The notes: generated by a model from the letters alone, not told the origin. A stretch of 63,995 nt of DNA, filler included, from Folioceros fuciformis (GCA_049999805.1; 6 parts of 6 records of this genome joined end to end with filler, not necessarily neighbours in it), one strand, 5' to 3'. Numbered from the whole stretch's first letter, positions 33,924-48,300 are shown. Numbers and translations: made by a program.

Positions 33924-34418
33924 TTATCACGAAGAACTATAAGCCCGTGCTCAACAATGGCAACCACCCATGACTGTGGAGAAGGTTCACTACATATGCT
34001 ATCGGGAAACTAGGCTTCCGCATGCGGGCCATGTTGTGGCCGTTGTGGTGACGGTGGTACCCATGCATTCAGATATGGCAATGGTGGATAAGTATGCTTA
34101 AATTGTCAAATATTTCCAAGAGTCTATATATGTGTGTATGACCATGAGTCTATACATATTTGGCTTTCCAATTTCACATTAGTGTTCATGTTACACAATT
34201 GCTTTGATTTCACATACTTTTTCTAGTTAATGGTATTAACTAAAAAAAGTATCATTGGTAGGAAAAAATCATCTTTTCCATACATATTCCTTACAATCTA
34301 TATATGCATGCACTCTATATATTTATATTAAAAATATTTCAAAACAAACACATTAACAACTTCTTTGGTTATCTATTGCATCCGAGTAATTCCCCTTACA
34401 TTTTTTTTGCATATTAAA

Positions 34419-34945
34419 ATGTTTTTGAGGATAGGCTACTACATCACATATGGTTATGAGGGCCTCACATTATTTGGATTACTGAGAATAAAAGCAGTGT
34501 TGCCTGTATTATTATTTTCATATGTATTTTACTGTTATTCTTAAAATGTTTGAGGTGGAGATTTCAAGACAGACTCATCATAAATGATAATAATATTTGG
34601 TACGATGAAATTGACTCCCAAAGAAGAATACTTGAGCGGCAAAGTCATGAAACTCAACATAAACAAGAGCAATTAGATATGGCCAAATTGGAGAAGTTGA
34701 TTCTATTCACTTTGTATAAGAAGGTCTTTGAGGGTGATGAGAAATGCTATATATGTCTTAACATGTTAGAGACTAGACAGCAAGTTTGAGAACTTCCGAA
34801 GTGTTGTCATACTTTCCATCACGAATGTATTGATCAATGGTTTTCTTCATCAAAGACGTGTCCATTAGATAGGCAGCCCGTGAACATAGCTAATGCATGA
34901 GTGCCCTTTTGTCCTAATGTAGTGGATATCATGATCCTCCAATAA
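34419..34945 (+). pseudogene. ATL-like TM+RING-H2 pseudogene, paralog of 37176-37694
   Basis: MAKLEK.ILF.LY...CYICL...[29 protein letters not shown], with a frameshift near 34530 and stops at 34787 and 34898. Flanks are homologous to those of the intact copy. Confidence 0.85.
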
Positions 34946-35944
34946 ATATGTATCCCTTTCATATATTTAAAATATATATAATTTGTATATTTTATTGTTT
35001 AATCACTTAATTTTTTAATATCTTCAAACAATGAAACAATAAATAAATCAGTTTCGTTGAACATTGTTGATGTAGCATTTGATTGAAAACTAGTTTAAAA
35101 TGTGAAGTGAACCTCATTATTTTTGGATTTGTATTAGTAGTATGCCTGAAGGAGAGAATAGAACAATGCACGAGGTCAACCCATTGTGTTCACTACACCT
35201 TACCTTGACAATTCATCACTAAGAGTGTCAGCAGAAATCCATTAACCTCATGACATTGGATTTGGGGTAACAAAACCCTACTTAAACGCAAACCAAACCT
35301 TTGGAAACAAGGTGAAACACTTTTCCATAAAAAGAAAAAAGATGCAAACTTGTCTAACTAAGAATTAACTATTTAGATATGTACCATGTACCCACTTTAA
35401 CACAATTTCCATTGCCAATCCACTTAATGCTCCTCATATTGGACAAAAACTATTTGTCAAACTTCACCCACCATAGCTAATGATCTTCCCCAATGATAGT
35501 TGATCTATGGGTGCCATGTGGAAAAGTCATCTGGCACTAACATCCAAAGTGTAACAAACTAAAAAGTGTTTGTCATTTTGATCATCAAACTTTATTTGTA
35601 TTATCCATTTGAAGCATACCATAAACAAGATTGAGCTAGTTGTTGGTTTAGGCTTAATAGACAAAAGCTGCATTTTAAAACTTTTGCACCAAACACCTCA
35701 CACACAAGAATGACCTTTACATCCAACATTCTACCAATTGGTAGAATGCCGTTATTGATAAGAGCATCTTTTACAAAGCTTATTGATAAGAGCATCTTTT
35801 ACAAAGCTTATTAAGCCCTCTACTGTCATGGGCAAGCTAGATTACCTTGTTGGCACACACAATTATCTTTACATCTAACATTCTACCAATTGGTAGGATG
35901 CTATTATGGTAGGTTACCTTCTTGGCACAACCTAACTATGTGTG

Positions 35945-36112
35945 TCAGTTAAGCAATCCAAGCTACACAGAGGTAAGAGTAGTGGTAGTTAGGGTTTAGG
36001 GTGCCAACCCAGTTAAGCAATCTAAGCTACACGAAGGGCAGAGTAGTGGTAGTTAAGGTGTGCCAACCTAGTTAAGCAATCTAAGCTTCATAGAGGGTAA
36101 AGTAGTGGTTGT
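35945..36112. repeat. Three ~58-65-bp tandem units
   Basis: AGTTAAGCAAT.TAAGCT.CA....AGTAGTGGT recurs three times. Confidence 0.8.
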
Positions 36113-37175
36113 TCATGTGTACGATGTAATAACTGAGTCATAGGTTTCATAAGCATAGTTGTGGATGAGGTTGAAATCTATCACTTTTAAGATTTCAATC
36201 TCACCCACACCTGATCTTCATTATTAGTTTGTAGTCGGACTTCACATTGCTTCGAGTGCAACAACTAATCTCTTAAAAGAGGTGATTTGTTACATTAGGA
36301 GTGATGTTTTGATGGGGAAGCTAGATACGGAGCTTCAGTTTCCTACATGCATCTTTACACTTGGTTCAATGAGGTTCTAAGTATCCAAGAGAGGTCCACA
36401 TATCTATACAAGTGGAATTTGAGATTAATCTAATAGACCTTATATTGCTTGGTTTGTTTAGAAGCAGGTAAGTACTTGCATTATTTGTTTATATCTTAAA
36501 ATATAATGTACCCACTAAATTAGTAACTGTATAAGTTTAAGAGACATACTAAATTGAAGAGCCTTATATCAAAGGTCTCTAGCTATGGATCTAGTTAGGA
36601 AGTTTGCATGAGAGGCATGTAGCCATGGATACAAAAGGAAAGTTTAGTGTGAGTGCTAGCAAGACTTAAGTTAAACCCTAGGGAAAGTCTACTTTAGAAA
36701 GTTGAGTTGAGAGTAACATGAACCTCACTATAAATGGGGCCTTAGTTATAGACTATCATTCAGTGCTTTGACAAAATAGATTGTGCTACTCTAAGCTAGT
36801 AATTCTTGGGTTGAACTTATATGTTTTATCTTGTTCGTCCATAATTATATTGAAAGCAACTTGTTTATTCTATTGTATGACCTGCATGTGTTTTATTATT
36901 GAAGGTTTGTATTGGGTGGTTGCTTAGATCAGAGAATCTTTCCTAATTAAATATCTTTTGTAGTAAAAAAAGTATTAACAAAAATTTCTAGCAATCAAGA
37001 TTTAATCCTATCTATGCAAACACTATATCATATCCATAATAGAAATATTTTGACAAAATACATTGATAAAATCTTAGGTTATATATTACATCATAGTAAT
37101 TATTCTTCACAATTTCATCAAAAGTAGGGATATATCAAGTTCTTTTCAAACAAAACAAGTTTCTTCCATCTTACA

Positions 37176-37694
37176 ATGGCGGATGATAGCCCTAAAGTAT
37201 TTGGAGTGCAACTAGTAGTAGCATTGACTTGTACTACACTATTCATATATCTTATATTATGTTTCTTCGTATTTATGAAATATATATATCCAAAGTTTAT
37301 CGGTTCAAATAGGGAGCCGATAAATAGGCAAAGGGGAATACTAGGTGAGCAAGTCGATGAAATTGAACAAAGGGAAATACGTGGTCAGCATGTGCATGAA
37401 ATTGAGCTTAGTGAAGCGCAACTAAAGATGGCGAAATTGGAGAAAAATATTCTATTTATCTTGTACACGAAGGATGTCAAAATGGATGAAGAATGTGTTA
37501 TATGCCTTAATTTGTTGGAGGAAGGACAAGAAGTAAGAAAACTTAAAGAATGTGGTCACACTTTCCATTCTTCGTGTATTGATAAATGGTTCTCTTCTTC
37601 AATGACATGTCCCTTAGATAGATCGCGTCCTAATATAGGTTCTGCAATAGTGTCCTTTCCTCCTCCTCCTACACTAGAAATTATTGTCCAGTAA
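37176..37694 (+). CDS. ATL-like RING-H2 E3 ubiquitin ligase with N-terminal transmembrane helix (172 aa)
   Basis: Hydrophobic segment at residues ~8-37, then ECVICL..LEEGQEVRKLKECGHTFHSSCIDKWF....TCPLDR; intronless. Confidence 0.9.
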   Translation: MADDSPKVFGVQLVVALTCTTLFIYLILCFFVFMKYIYPKFIGSNREPINRQRGILGEQVDEIEQREIRGQHVHEIELSEAQLKMAKLEKNILFILYTKDVKMDEECVICLNLLEEGQEVRKLKECGHTFHSSCIDKWFSSSMTCPLDRSRPNIGSAIVSFPPPPTLEIIVQ

Positions 37695-38557
37695 TAAGCA
37701 TGTATACCTCATGTGCATTTTTTTGAAATTCAATAATAATAATATGGGGTCCTTAGATCTTCTTAAAATGGACATGAAAGTCAATGTTATTGTTGTTGTA
37801 ATAGTTCTTAATTAAAACCTAGTTTAGAAGGAAGGATTTAAGTTCATTTATTTTAGATTAGCAAGATGGGAAAACCATCTACCCCTGAAGAAGGAGATAA
37901 AACGTGATTGAGATACTATGGGCTAACCTCATGTCAACTAAATGTGAGGTCGCTCCAAAGGCTTCAATTAAAGGTCGACCCTTTCACGTACTCGACCATG
38001 TTATATTAAGTGTAGTCGGTAGTTGAAAGTCTTTAGCCTTTGAATTAGCCTCTTTTATGTAGTCAACTTTTTGTGGGCATTTTCAACTCTTCCATGTCGT
38101 TTTTTAAAAGAGTCTCTATGTTCACTTGGTATAGATGGGATTATTTGGAAACAAGTCAGTGCTTGCACTATTTAATTTATTTGTTAAAATAGTTTAGAAA
38201 TGTCTTAAATACAAAATGTAGGCTTGGGGGCGAGTCTTCTTTGGTCATGCTGCTTTTGTGGATTAAATTTTCTGTTTTTCGAGGTAGATGGGATTTCAAT
38301 CTCGTTTTCCAATAAAGTCTGTGTTTGTGAGTTGATAAAATTTGTTTATCACAATGAATACTTTTATCGGTGTTGTTTTATTTTATCATAAAATAGTCTA
38401 AGATATTTTATTTATATTAATTATGCTATAATCATATTCTTAAAATCTTCACGATCCAAGTATTTCCAACATTTCGGCACACTTCGTATGTTGTTCGCTA
38501 GCTTTTGTGTCTAAAAATAAAAATGTTGTTTTGCAAATGAAAATAGTTTTCATTTTC

Positions 38558-38619
38558 AAGATTAATAATGAGTGTAGTTTTTCATTTGCAAATGAAAAAC
38601 TATACTCATTATTAATCTT
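38558..38619. repeat. 62-bp near-perfect palindrome
   Basis: Arms AAGATTAATAATGAGTGTAGTTTTTCATTTG and CAAATGAAAAACTATACTCATTATTAATCTT, with 1 mismatch and no loop. Confidence 0.9.
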
Positions 38620-38829
38620 TTAAATTTAAGAATGCGGCAAGGGCCCGATATGTTATCTTAGACAATATTGACACTTTAAGTCAATCTTCTTCATTCTACT
38701 CAAATACAATTATGTCTTTTTTTTCGTGAAAAAAAATCTGATTATTCGTAGCTCAAGCTGTGTCCAAAGTACAGCACTTGCACGCGCAACTGCGTAAGGC
38801 GTTAGTCTACCCGCAAATTCCTAGACTGC

Positions 38830-40254
38830 AGAAGTGAACAAATATGATTTATCATGCAAGCGAGAGATCCCTCGTCATTGTGTCGCTCACCTTCCCCACA
38901 GGCAAGAGTGGTTCCACGGGCCATTATGCCCGAGGAATCGAGCTGTCTTCCACTCTATCCGTCTGAACTTGTTGTGGGCGAAAGTACGAATGCTCTCTGC
39001 AATCACCAAGACCTGTTCCCAAATACGCCAAAGCAGAGCTTTCCTTGATATCAGGTCACTACCGCTAGAGACCATAGCTGTCCAGTTTTGCTACAGGGCG
39101 AAGAGAGACAAAGACCACACCACTCCCCACCATTGCTTCTGAACAAGTGGCTCTCCTATCAGCGCATCAAGCCCGAATAGGGCGGTTTGCTCTGTAACCA
39201 AAATGGTTCTCTTCGCGAGAAGACTTTGAAGCCATCTGCCAACTTCAATCCAGACACCTTGCACATAGTCGCACTGGAAGAAGATATGTTGGCTTTTGTG
39301 AGGGGCGCCAACACTACAAAGCGTGCACCACTCCTCCCCCGTGGCCGCCAACAATCCCAGCGATATGCCCAGTGATCTGAGTTAGGCAAACAAGCTTGGA
39401 AGAACCACCAAATGGTAACCCGCACCTTGAGGGCTAACCCAATGGTCGACCATAGGGGTTTAATCGTTGCCCTTTGGCAACGCTGGGACAGCCTCAACCT
39501 AGGAGCCAGTCGACTTCACTGAAGAGATTTTTGTGTGCGCACCAATCGAAGGTAGATGGCTGCCGAAGGAAAGTTTTAGAGTGATCTCGCGTTCTCCTGT
39601 ATACTTCCGGAGCTCACAAGCCACATATAGAGGTCAGGTCTCATCACTAACTCCCAATTCTCCCTCAAACGAAACCAACATCTTACAGCACTTTGTTGCA
39701 GAGGTTGTTTCTTGTTGTCATGTTCTTCCTGGGTAAGTCAATGTCTTGCTTGCCTAGCCCTGTACAGTGTAGTAATCCCCCTCAGGCATACTCCACCGAT
39801 CATACCTTCCTCTCTGCCTACATCTTCCAGAAGCCCCTCTGTGTTCAAAGTCCTGTGGGATAGATTCCCATTGTCGTCCGTCAGTGATGACACGAGCACT
39901 GCCTGGTCAATGTTTGGGAGGGCCTCATCCTCCTCCAGGTCGGAGTCTCTTATCCTGTCTTCCATGGGGTGGACCCTCTACATGTGAATGCCCACCTGGG
40001 CCCACCGTAATAACGCTTGCTTCACCTCCTCTGCCATCCCTTCTTGTAGCCATGAAACCATTAGTCTCACATGTCGATTCGGAGTCTCAAACTCTTCTCG
40101 AACCTCCTCCGCTATTTTCCATCCTTCTTCTACTTGGTTCCACAGGTGCCCGAGCTGCACAATGCCTCTTCTACCTGCGGAGCCAAAAATCTGGGATCGA
40201 TACACCTGCGAATGGAAGTCCTATTACCAAAGCCCCATGAAACCTTGGAGAGGG
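38830..40254 (-). mobile_element. Degenerate L1-type LINE ORF2 3' fragment (zf-RVT region)
   Basis: Trp-rich fragments and CTLC.......QHIFFQCDYVQGVW, the CCHC motif of plant LINE ORF2. Confidence 0.7.
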
Positions 40255-40840
40255 TGTAGGGTTATTAAAGCCCAACGTGCTTAGACTAATGTGTTTAGTC
40301 TAAGATTAGTGTCTAGTTAAGTATCATTAGTTTAGATTAGCTTAAGCTAATATGTATGAAGCTTCTTGCGCAACTTCCTGTGCGCTTCTGGTGAAGCTTC
40401 CTAGGGAGCTCTTCTAGAGGGTATAAATACCCCCTTGAGCTCCCTTGCATATTGAGACCTTTTGTGAGAGTGTGACCCCTCTTCTTCTCCTCTCCTCCTT
40501 GCTTCCTCCTCTCCTCTCCTTCACCATGCTCCTCTAGCGATCCTTCAAGTGGTATCAGTGCCAGGTTGCGGAGCAAGATGGTGATGTCTGTGGGTGATGC
40601 GGATAGACGCTCAAGGCTATGAGGTGCGAGGGTCTCGAACCCCACCCTGCAAGGAGTGGTAGTACGGAGCAAGAGTGATCTTGGGCTGTGTGCAACGTCT
40701 GGGGAGCTTCAAGATCGCTAGGAACACCAAGAGCGCCTCTACGTAGGGCGCTCAGCCACAGGCGCACAAAGCGCCGTAGCCCAAGGGGCCGTCAGCCCCG
40801 CGGGCGGGGGCCTTCGGCCCCGGCCGATGGGCCATGCAGG
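40255..40840 (+). mobile_element. 5' LTR (~40255-40547) and PBS of an LTR retrotransposon, truncated by the gap
   Basis: TGTAGG...CTTCA with an internal TATAAAT, followed by TGGTATCAGTGC at 40550-40561. Confidence 0.7.
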
Positions 40841-40940
40841 NNNNNNNNNNNNNNNNNNNNNNNNNNNNNNNNNNNNNNNNNNNNTTAATTAATTAANNNN
40901 NNNNNNNNNNNNNNNNNNNNNNNNNNNNNNNNNNNNNNNN

Positions 40941-42397
40941 CTCCATCCTATCAGACTTTTGTGTCAGGTCAAAATGCAGCCTTGCGTGATGCGTATAAAA
41001 TCGTTGCTACTGGCCAACCTTTTACCATCAATCTGAATGAAGTGGCTAGAGCACTCCTGCAAGAGGAACATAGTAGACTAAGGTTAGGCTCTTCTTTTCG
41101 CCTCCGTGGTGAGAAGGTTCTCTTTGCTGCAAAGGGCAAAGGAACCTGGAAGGGGAAAGACAAAGGGAAGAAGCAACCTAATAGCAATCCTCAATTTTCT
41201 ACTTCCTCTTCAGCAAAGAAATAAGGCTCTTGTAATTGGTGCCAGATTCCGGGTCACTAGGAGTGTGACTGCCTGAAGAAAAAGACTGGTGAGCCCAAAC
41301 GAGAGCCTAAGCACGAAGCACACGTGACATCTCCAGCGGCCAAGTCTTCTGGATCTCAGAAACAGCCAAGGAGCAGCAGTACAACATTAGCAGTATGCCT
41401 GGCGCTGTCCAAAGGAAGTTCTTTCCCAATGGTTTGTTGATTCTTGAGCCACAGCACACGTTTGCAACAACTGTGGGCTCTTTACCACCTTTCACGGCAA
41501 ATCATACCACAATCAGTTTTTGTTGGTGATTCATGAGAGTTCAGGTTAAGGGATCTAGTTTTGTTAGCATACCTCTCCTCGATTGGTCTTCCTTGTTAAT
41601 GGAGGATGTCCTCTTCATTCCTGACATGAGTAAAAACCTCCTGTTGATACGGGCCATAGCTCATAGTTGCAAGTATGGTTTTAGGTTTGAGGACAAAACT
41701 TGTTATGTCTATCATCTTTCAAACCCATAGAGCTATATTGCTAGAATAGTTCTTGTCAATGAGCTTTACCAACTAGTTACAGTTCACAAGTCAAAGGTTA
41801 GAGCTTTGCTTACTGCTTTTCATGCTCAAGCCAACTTGTGGCATGCTAGGTTGGGTCATGCCAATCGCTCTAAGTTAGACTTGATGGCTAATTCCTCCTG
41901 TTATCGTGAACGCTTACCCTCCTATTTTAAGCATCTTGCTGCCTGCAGTTCTTGTATTCTATCCAAGCAAAAGGAGTTACCTTTCAAGAATAAACAAGCA
42001 AAGCAAGTTATGGAGCTCATACATGCTGACATTTCTGGAAAGCTGTCTATAAAATCATTGAAGGTGTAGAATACTATCTTACCTTGATGGACAACTATTC
42101 TCGGTACACGTGGACGTTTCCTCTCAAATTGAAGAGCGACATTTTCAAGACTATCTCCACTTGGATCAAGATGGTACAATGACAGACTGGTCAGCTGGTG
42201 AAGTGCTTTCGCCTAGACAACGGTTAGGAGTTCACTGGCCGATAGTTTGATGATCTCTTTGCCGAGCATGGTATTGTGAGGCAACTCTCTATTCCCTACA
42301 CTCAATAGCAAAACGGTGTGGCAGAGTGTAAAAACCATACTCTTATGGGCATGGTGAGAAGCATGTTGTCATGGGCTGCCCTTCCTAAGCCATTATG
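40941..42397 (+). mobile_element. Degenerate Copia gag-PR-INT fragment related to element 3
   Basis: LWHARLGHAN..KL..M....CYRE.LP..FK.L..C.SCIL.KQKELPF is shared with ORF 17236-18183; many stops. Confidence 0.85.
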
Positions 42398-45300
42398 GTG
42401 TGGGGGAAAATATTACACCCGGGGTTGCAGCGAGATCCACACAAACCCTCTATGTTGTTATAGCACTGGGATTCGATCCCAAGGGAATGATTTGTGTCAA
42501 ATAACACAAGTTTCTTCTAAAAGTCAGTTACTACCTAGGACGAACTTTAACTACCCCAGCTCCACTACCTGCTGGTTCAACTACCCCTACCTCCGTTGTG
42601 ACTCAGCTACCGCGGCTCTACACTACCTCTCAAACTCACTCGGCTACCGGGGGGGTCCCTTCAACCATCATCTTCTTCTGTGCATCGGCAGGTGCTTCTA
42701 CTACCTTGGCTCTCGACTACCTCGGTCGTTACTCAACAACCGCGGTAGTGGTCTCCACGATGGTAGTCGAGTTTGCACTACCGCCATCGTGGTTCCACTA
42801 CCTATGTCGTGGTTCCACTACCGCTATCGTGGTTCCACTACCGCCGTCGTGGTTCCACTACCGTGGTGGGTCCTGATAAGGATCATACGCTAAAGGCGCG
42901 CCATTGTATTAGCATAAAGAAAAGGTGAATACAACGCCGCGGTCTCGTGACCTTGATGCGGTGACGGTTAGGGTTTCCTAACTGTCTAGCCCTAAGCCTG
43001 TCTCTCTGGGTTAGTAGACATAACCTACCCTAACACTCCCACTCAGGTGAGAGGGCTAGTCCTATATTCATTTATATATATATTGTTTATTGTTTACTAT
43101 CTAATAATGAAACACTTCGAATCAACTAACGATCGAAATGGCATGGCAGCATATTTAAAAGAAACTTAGGAAAAACCTAAGCCTAACGCCCGCTCTCTTG
43201 GGCTAGCAGTTTTGCGGCTCATTCTTCGATTGCGCTCCAGATGGTCGTGCTTCCGTCCTCACCTGGCTGTGCTCGTGCTCGTTCGAGCTGCCGATCGGGC
43301 ACCCTACTCCACTTGATGTGTTCTCCTGCAGCGTGCAGTCCAAGGCCGGCAGCATGCTGGTAGGCCTTGATGCGGCCAAGTCCCTTACTCATGATATCAG
43401 CCGTCATTTCCTCCGTCGGACAGTAGACAATCTCAGCAATTCCAGTTGCTACTACTTCCCTGATGTAGTGGTGCTGGATTTCTATATGTTTCGTCCTCGC
43501 ATGATACCTGGGATGGATTTATATATGTTTCGTCCTCGGATGATACCTAGGATTCATGCTGAGGGCAGTCGCGCTTTGATTGTCACCGAAGAGGCTGACC
43601 GGCAATCTTTGTTCTACTCCTAGCTCCTACAAGGCTCCGACTGTCCATGTCACCTCTTTGCAGGCCTCCGTCAGGCTCTTGTACTCGGCCTTTGTCGAGG
43701 AGAGCGCGATTGTGTTATGCCTTCTACTGCTCCAGCCCACAACACCTCCAACAAGCAGGGTAATGTAACTTGAGATGCTTTTCCTGCTATCAGGGTCGCT
43801 GGCCTAGTCTGCGTTACTGTATGCTACTAACTGCAATGCATCCTTGGATTTCGAGCTGTACAGAATGCCCCAGTCATAGGTTGCTGCTATGTATCTGTAC
43901 AGTCTGTCCATGAGGTTGTTGTGGTGTAGGTTTGGATTGGACACAAACCTCGAGGTCAGTCCAGAGATGAATGCAAGGTCTGGACGAGACCCTATCATCA
44001 GATGCATAATACTTCCATTTCTAGAAGGGTACTGCTGCACTTTCTCCACATCCTCTGCAGGTATGTCTCCTACCTGTGCATAGTACTTGGTATTTTGATC
44101 AACAGGGGTGGAGATAGGTTTGTAGCTACTCATCCCGTATCTAACTAGAATCTCTTGTGCATACTTCATTTGGTGCAGGAAGACTGTGCCATCTTTGCGA
44201 TTTCGAAGCAGCTGCATGTCAAGGCAGAATGCCAGTGGTCCTCCAGCAGTTATTTTGAATGCTCTGCTCAGCTGCTGTCTGAGGCCCTCAATCATACAAA
44301 CGGAGTTGCTCATGATTATAATGTCGTCGACATATATGGTAAGTGCCAGAAAATCTGTTCTTTCTCGCTTTATATACACATTGCTGTCAGCGTTTAATGT
44401 TTGCATAGGCAATTGACTTCAAGTAGCTGTCTATGCGCGAGTACCAGGCCCTTGGGCTCTGCTTGAGCCCGTACAAAGATTTGTGCAGCTTGCAGACTGG
44501 ATTTCGCAGGCTGCCAAGGATGTCCACTCTTGAAGGCTCAGTCATATAAATCTCCTCTTGGAGATTGCCATACAAGAAGGCAGTGGTAACATCTAATTGC
44601 TCCAGTTCGTAGTCTCCCACTGCTGCTAGTGCTACGAACAATCTTAGAGTTGTTAGCTTCACTACGGGGCTGAATGTGTCCTCATAGTTGACTCCGGGGA
44701 TTTGTGAGTACCCCTTTGCCACCACCCTTGCTTTTTATTTGTCTATACTACCATCTGCCCTTAATTTGAGCTTGAATACCCACTTGGACCCAACAGCCTT
44801 GCGATGTGCAGGTAGGCTTGTTAGGGACCAGGTTTTATTCTCATACAATGAGGCTAGCTTAGAGTCGATGGCCTTTTGCCATAACTTTGCATCCATGCAT
44901 GCTAATGCTTCCTCATAGGTCTGTGGCTCAAAAGCCTTCAAATATGCTGCTAGGCAATACGTAAGATGTGACTTCGGGTGTCTGAAGTCATTAGGTTTCC
45001 AATAGTCTGGAGGCTTCCGAACCCTTGATACAGACCTTGGCTCCAAGTAAGCGTGCTTCTGCTTTCTTCTTTGCTGGGCAGTTTGTTGCTGACTTTCTAC
45101 TTCCTCAGCTGCGTGCATCACGTCCATGTCGAAGGACACATGGCTGATCGGAGACTCATGCAATGCCCGATTCCGTACTGCTCTCCTTGGAGTCTTTGCA
45201 GGTGTCCGAAGGATGGGTCTCAGGTTAGCTGCTGCTGGTTGCTGTGGGATTGCTTGTGCTTGCATAGGTATAGGTGTAGGCACCTGCTGCTGCTGACCTT

Positions 45301-48300
45301 GTTGTTGTGGTGCAGGCAGCGGTACCTGCAGGTCACCGACGAGAAACTCCTCTTGGTCTTCTGAGGAGTCTTCTTCTTCAGTATCCCACGCTGAGCTGGT
45401 TTCTTCTCCCACTGTGTGGTCAGGCTCAGCTCCTTCAACAAACACCACATCTCGTGAATGTGTCGTGTTCCTTGTTTGTCTGTTCAGCAGCTTGTAACCC
45501 TTAATGCCTTCGGTAAAGCCCACAAAAATCCATTCCTTCGATTTAGGCTTGAATTTCTTTCGAATGTGTTTATGGACCTGTGCATAGACTATGGAGCCAA
45601 AAACTTGCATATGAGATACATTTGGTCTGCTTCCTGTCCATAGCTCGTATGGAGTTTTCTCCGGCACACTGCTGTGAGCTATCCGATTCTGAATATAAGT
45701 GGCATAGGCCACTGCCTCTACCCAATAGCTTCTAGGCAGGGCTGCATGCTGTAGCATGCTCGAAGCTGATGTCTCCAGGTCAGCATTTTTGTGTTCAGCT
45801 ACTCCATTCTGTTGCGAGGTGTGTGCATTTGTGAGTTGTCTAACAATGCCATGTTGTGTGCAGTAGGCATTGAACTCCCCGGATGTGTACTTGCCACCAT
45901 TATCAGTGCAGAGTTGCTTCAGCTTGTATCCGGTTTGTAGCTCTACCCAAGCTTTGTACTCCAGGAAGCAGGAATACGTTTCAGATTTGAGGCAACGGAA
46001 CTAGACTACGCAGAATCTTGTATAGTCATCCATAAAAGTAAGGAAATATTCCTTCCCGTTAAGTGACTTGGGCAGAGGCCCACATACATCACTATGTACT
46101 TACTTTAGAACCTATGTGACCCTTGTGGAGGCATTTGTAGGAAAGGAGTCCTTTTATGCTTGCCGAGGACACATGATTTGCACACATTAACATCATCAAG
46201 CTTGTCTAAGGTGAGCCCGTCCACCATCTTGTGCTTGTACATGTGTACCAGTTTGCCATAATTTGTATGGCCTAGGCAGAGATGCCATAAATATGTTTGA
46301 GATGGCTTAGCAAAGCTGGATGACGACTGAACAGCATGAGCCTGTGCTGTCTGCAGATCGAGATGATACAAATCGTCATTTTGCAAATGGCCAGTTGCAA
46401 GGAGAGTCCCTTCGCTCGACTCTATCACACAGTTGCCTCCTCCAAAGCATATAAAGCAGCCGAACTGATCGATCTTTCTCACCGAGACTAAATTCTTCGT
46501 AAGTCCCGAAACATAAAGCACATCTGGAATTTCAACATGCTGAGATGGCATGAGATCCAGTCTTATGGTCCCTTGACCTTCAATGGGGTGCTTGGTATCA
46601 TCCCCTAAGCACACATACTCTGCTGGTGTGCTGCTCGTTAAGTCTGTAAAATAGGCCAGGTGAGGAGTCATGTGTTGTGAGGCGCCACTATCTATATACC
46701 AGGCATGTGCTGGCTGATTGGCATAGCATGATACCACGTTACAGGAGTGATGGAACCTGATGGCATCAGAAGACGATGTGGGAGGCTTCATTACTTGGGT
46801 AAGGAACGCTCTGCTATACTTACTCATTGTTACAGCTAAGTGGCCTGCATATGGGCCACTTTCTCCAGATAGTCGCTTACGACACACTTCCCATGTGTGA
46901 TTTTGCAGGCCACAGAACTTGCATGGAGGCTTTGGCCTAGTACTGCTAGGCTGCTAGGGTTGGAATCCTCCTCGACCTCCACGTCCTCCACGTCCTCGTG
47001 CAAAAGGACGGCCTCGTCCTCGACCTCTAAACGGTCGGTTCATATATAGTGCCTTGTCATTGCTGCTGCTAGAAATAGATGTGCTGGCTATCTTTCTCCT
47101 AGACTCCTCAGTTAACATTGCAGCGATGACTCGATTCACGGTGAGTGTAGGTACATCCTGGAGAGCATGGACAACACTGGACCAAAAATCTGGCAGTGTT
47201 GTTAGGAAGAAGACCGCCATAAACTCTTCCTCCAAAAAGAAACCAGCAGATTGCATCTTGCCTCTCTAGGTCCGAAACTCAAGGACATGCTTGTCCACAG
47301 GGTCACCATCAGCCATCCGGTAAACTGCTTGAGGACATAAGTTTGCAGCATGAGGTCACGTGAATCGTAGACCATTAGAACTTGTTTCCACCAATCTGCT
47401 GCTGTCTCTTCTGCTCCTTGGAAAACATTTATGTGCGTGCTCTTCATGCTAAAGTGCAGGAGCGTTCTTGCCAACTGGTCATCCTCCTCCCATTTCGCAA
47501 GAGCATCACGATCTGCTGCTGCTGGCTTGGGTGTGGGGACTGGTGGTGTTCCCACACCATATACATGTGCCCATAGTTTGCGAGACTTGAAGATCTCGAC
47601 CATCTTGAATTTCCAGACATGGAAATTCATTCCATTGAATTTGTCCTCCTTGGGAAGATTTGGGTTGGAGGACAGAGTGGTTGGTTGCTGCTGCTAGGCC
47701 ATGTTGGAGGAGGTTGCTTAGATCACAAGAGGAACATACGTAGCCCGGACTAAAATGGGCTGCGTTGGTGAATTGCAAAGCTGCAAGGTAATTTTCAGCA
47801 CTTCAACTTCACAAATGTCATACTCTTCTCTGATGTAATATGAAATGTGGGCAACATACTGATGTAGTAATGCTGCTTTAGGTTGTGCAGGTTGTCTGGA
47901 AAATAAGTCATGAAGGTGATTGAGAAGCAAGGAATATATTGTAGGTGCTGATGCAGGTAGATATAAATTAAATATGCAGAAGCTTGCGGTTAGCATCTTG
48001 TCATACTAGATCTGAAACATTGAAAGTGCTCTAGTCGTATCCATCCAGGGCAGGGTACCCTTGCAGGATATTTGTGGCCATAAGCTCCAGGATTATGCTG
48101 ATTTTGTTCCACACTTGCTGCCAACGATTGGGGCCAAGAGAGCAAAGGTATTCTTCGTCCCTGGCCTTAAGCCATTCTCGTAGGCTTTGCTGACGTTGAG
48201 CCCTCCTTGCTAGTCTTTCTCTTTTCCTAAGTTCAGGCATATCTGTTGCTAACAAGCAGGATTGAGTGCATTCTTGCAGGCCGAGTGAGTACCTGTAGGC

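Noticed and set aside
38765-38825. Possible Helitron 3' hairpin plus CTAG carrying the RING genes
   Set aside because: The hairpin is weak, spacing to CTAG is atypical, and no 5' end was identified.
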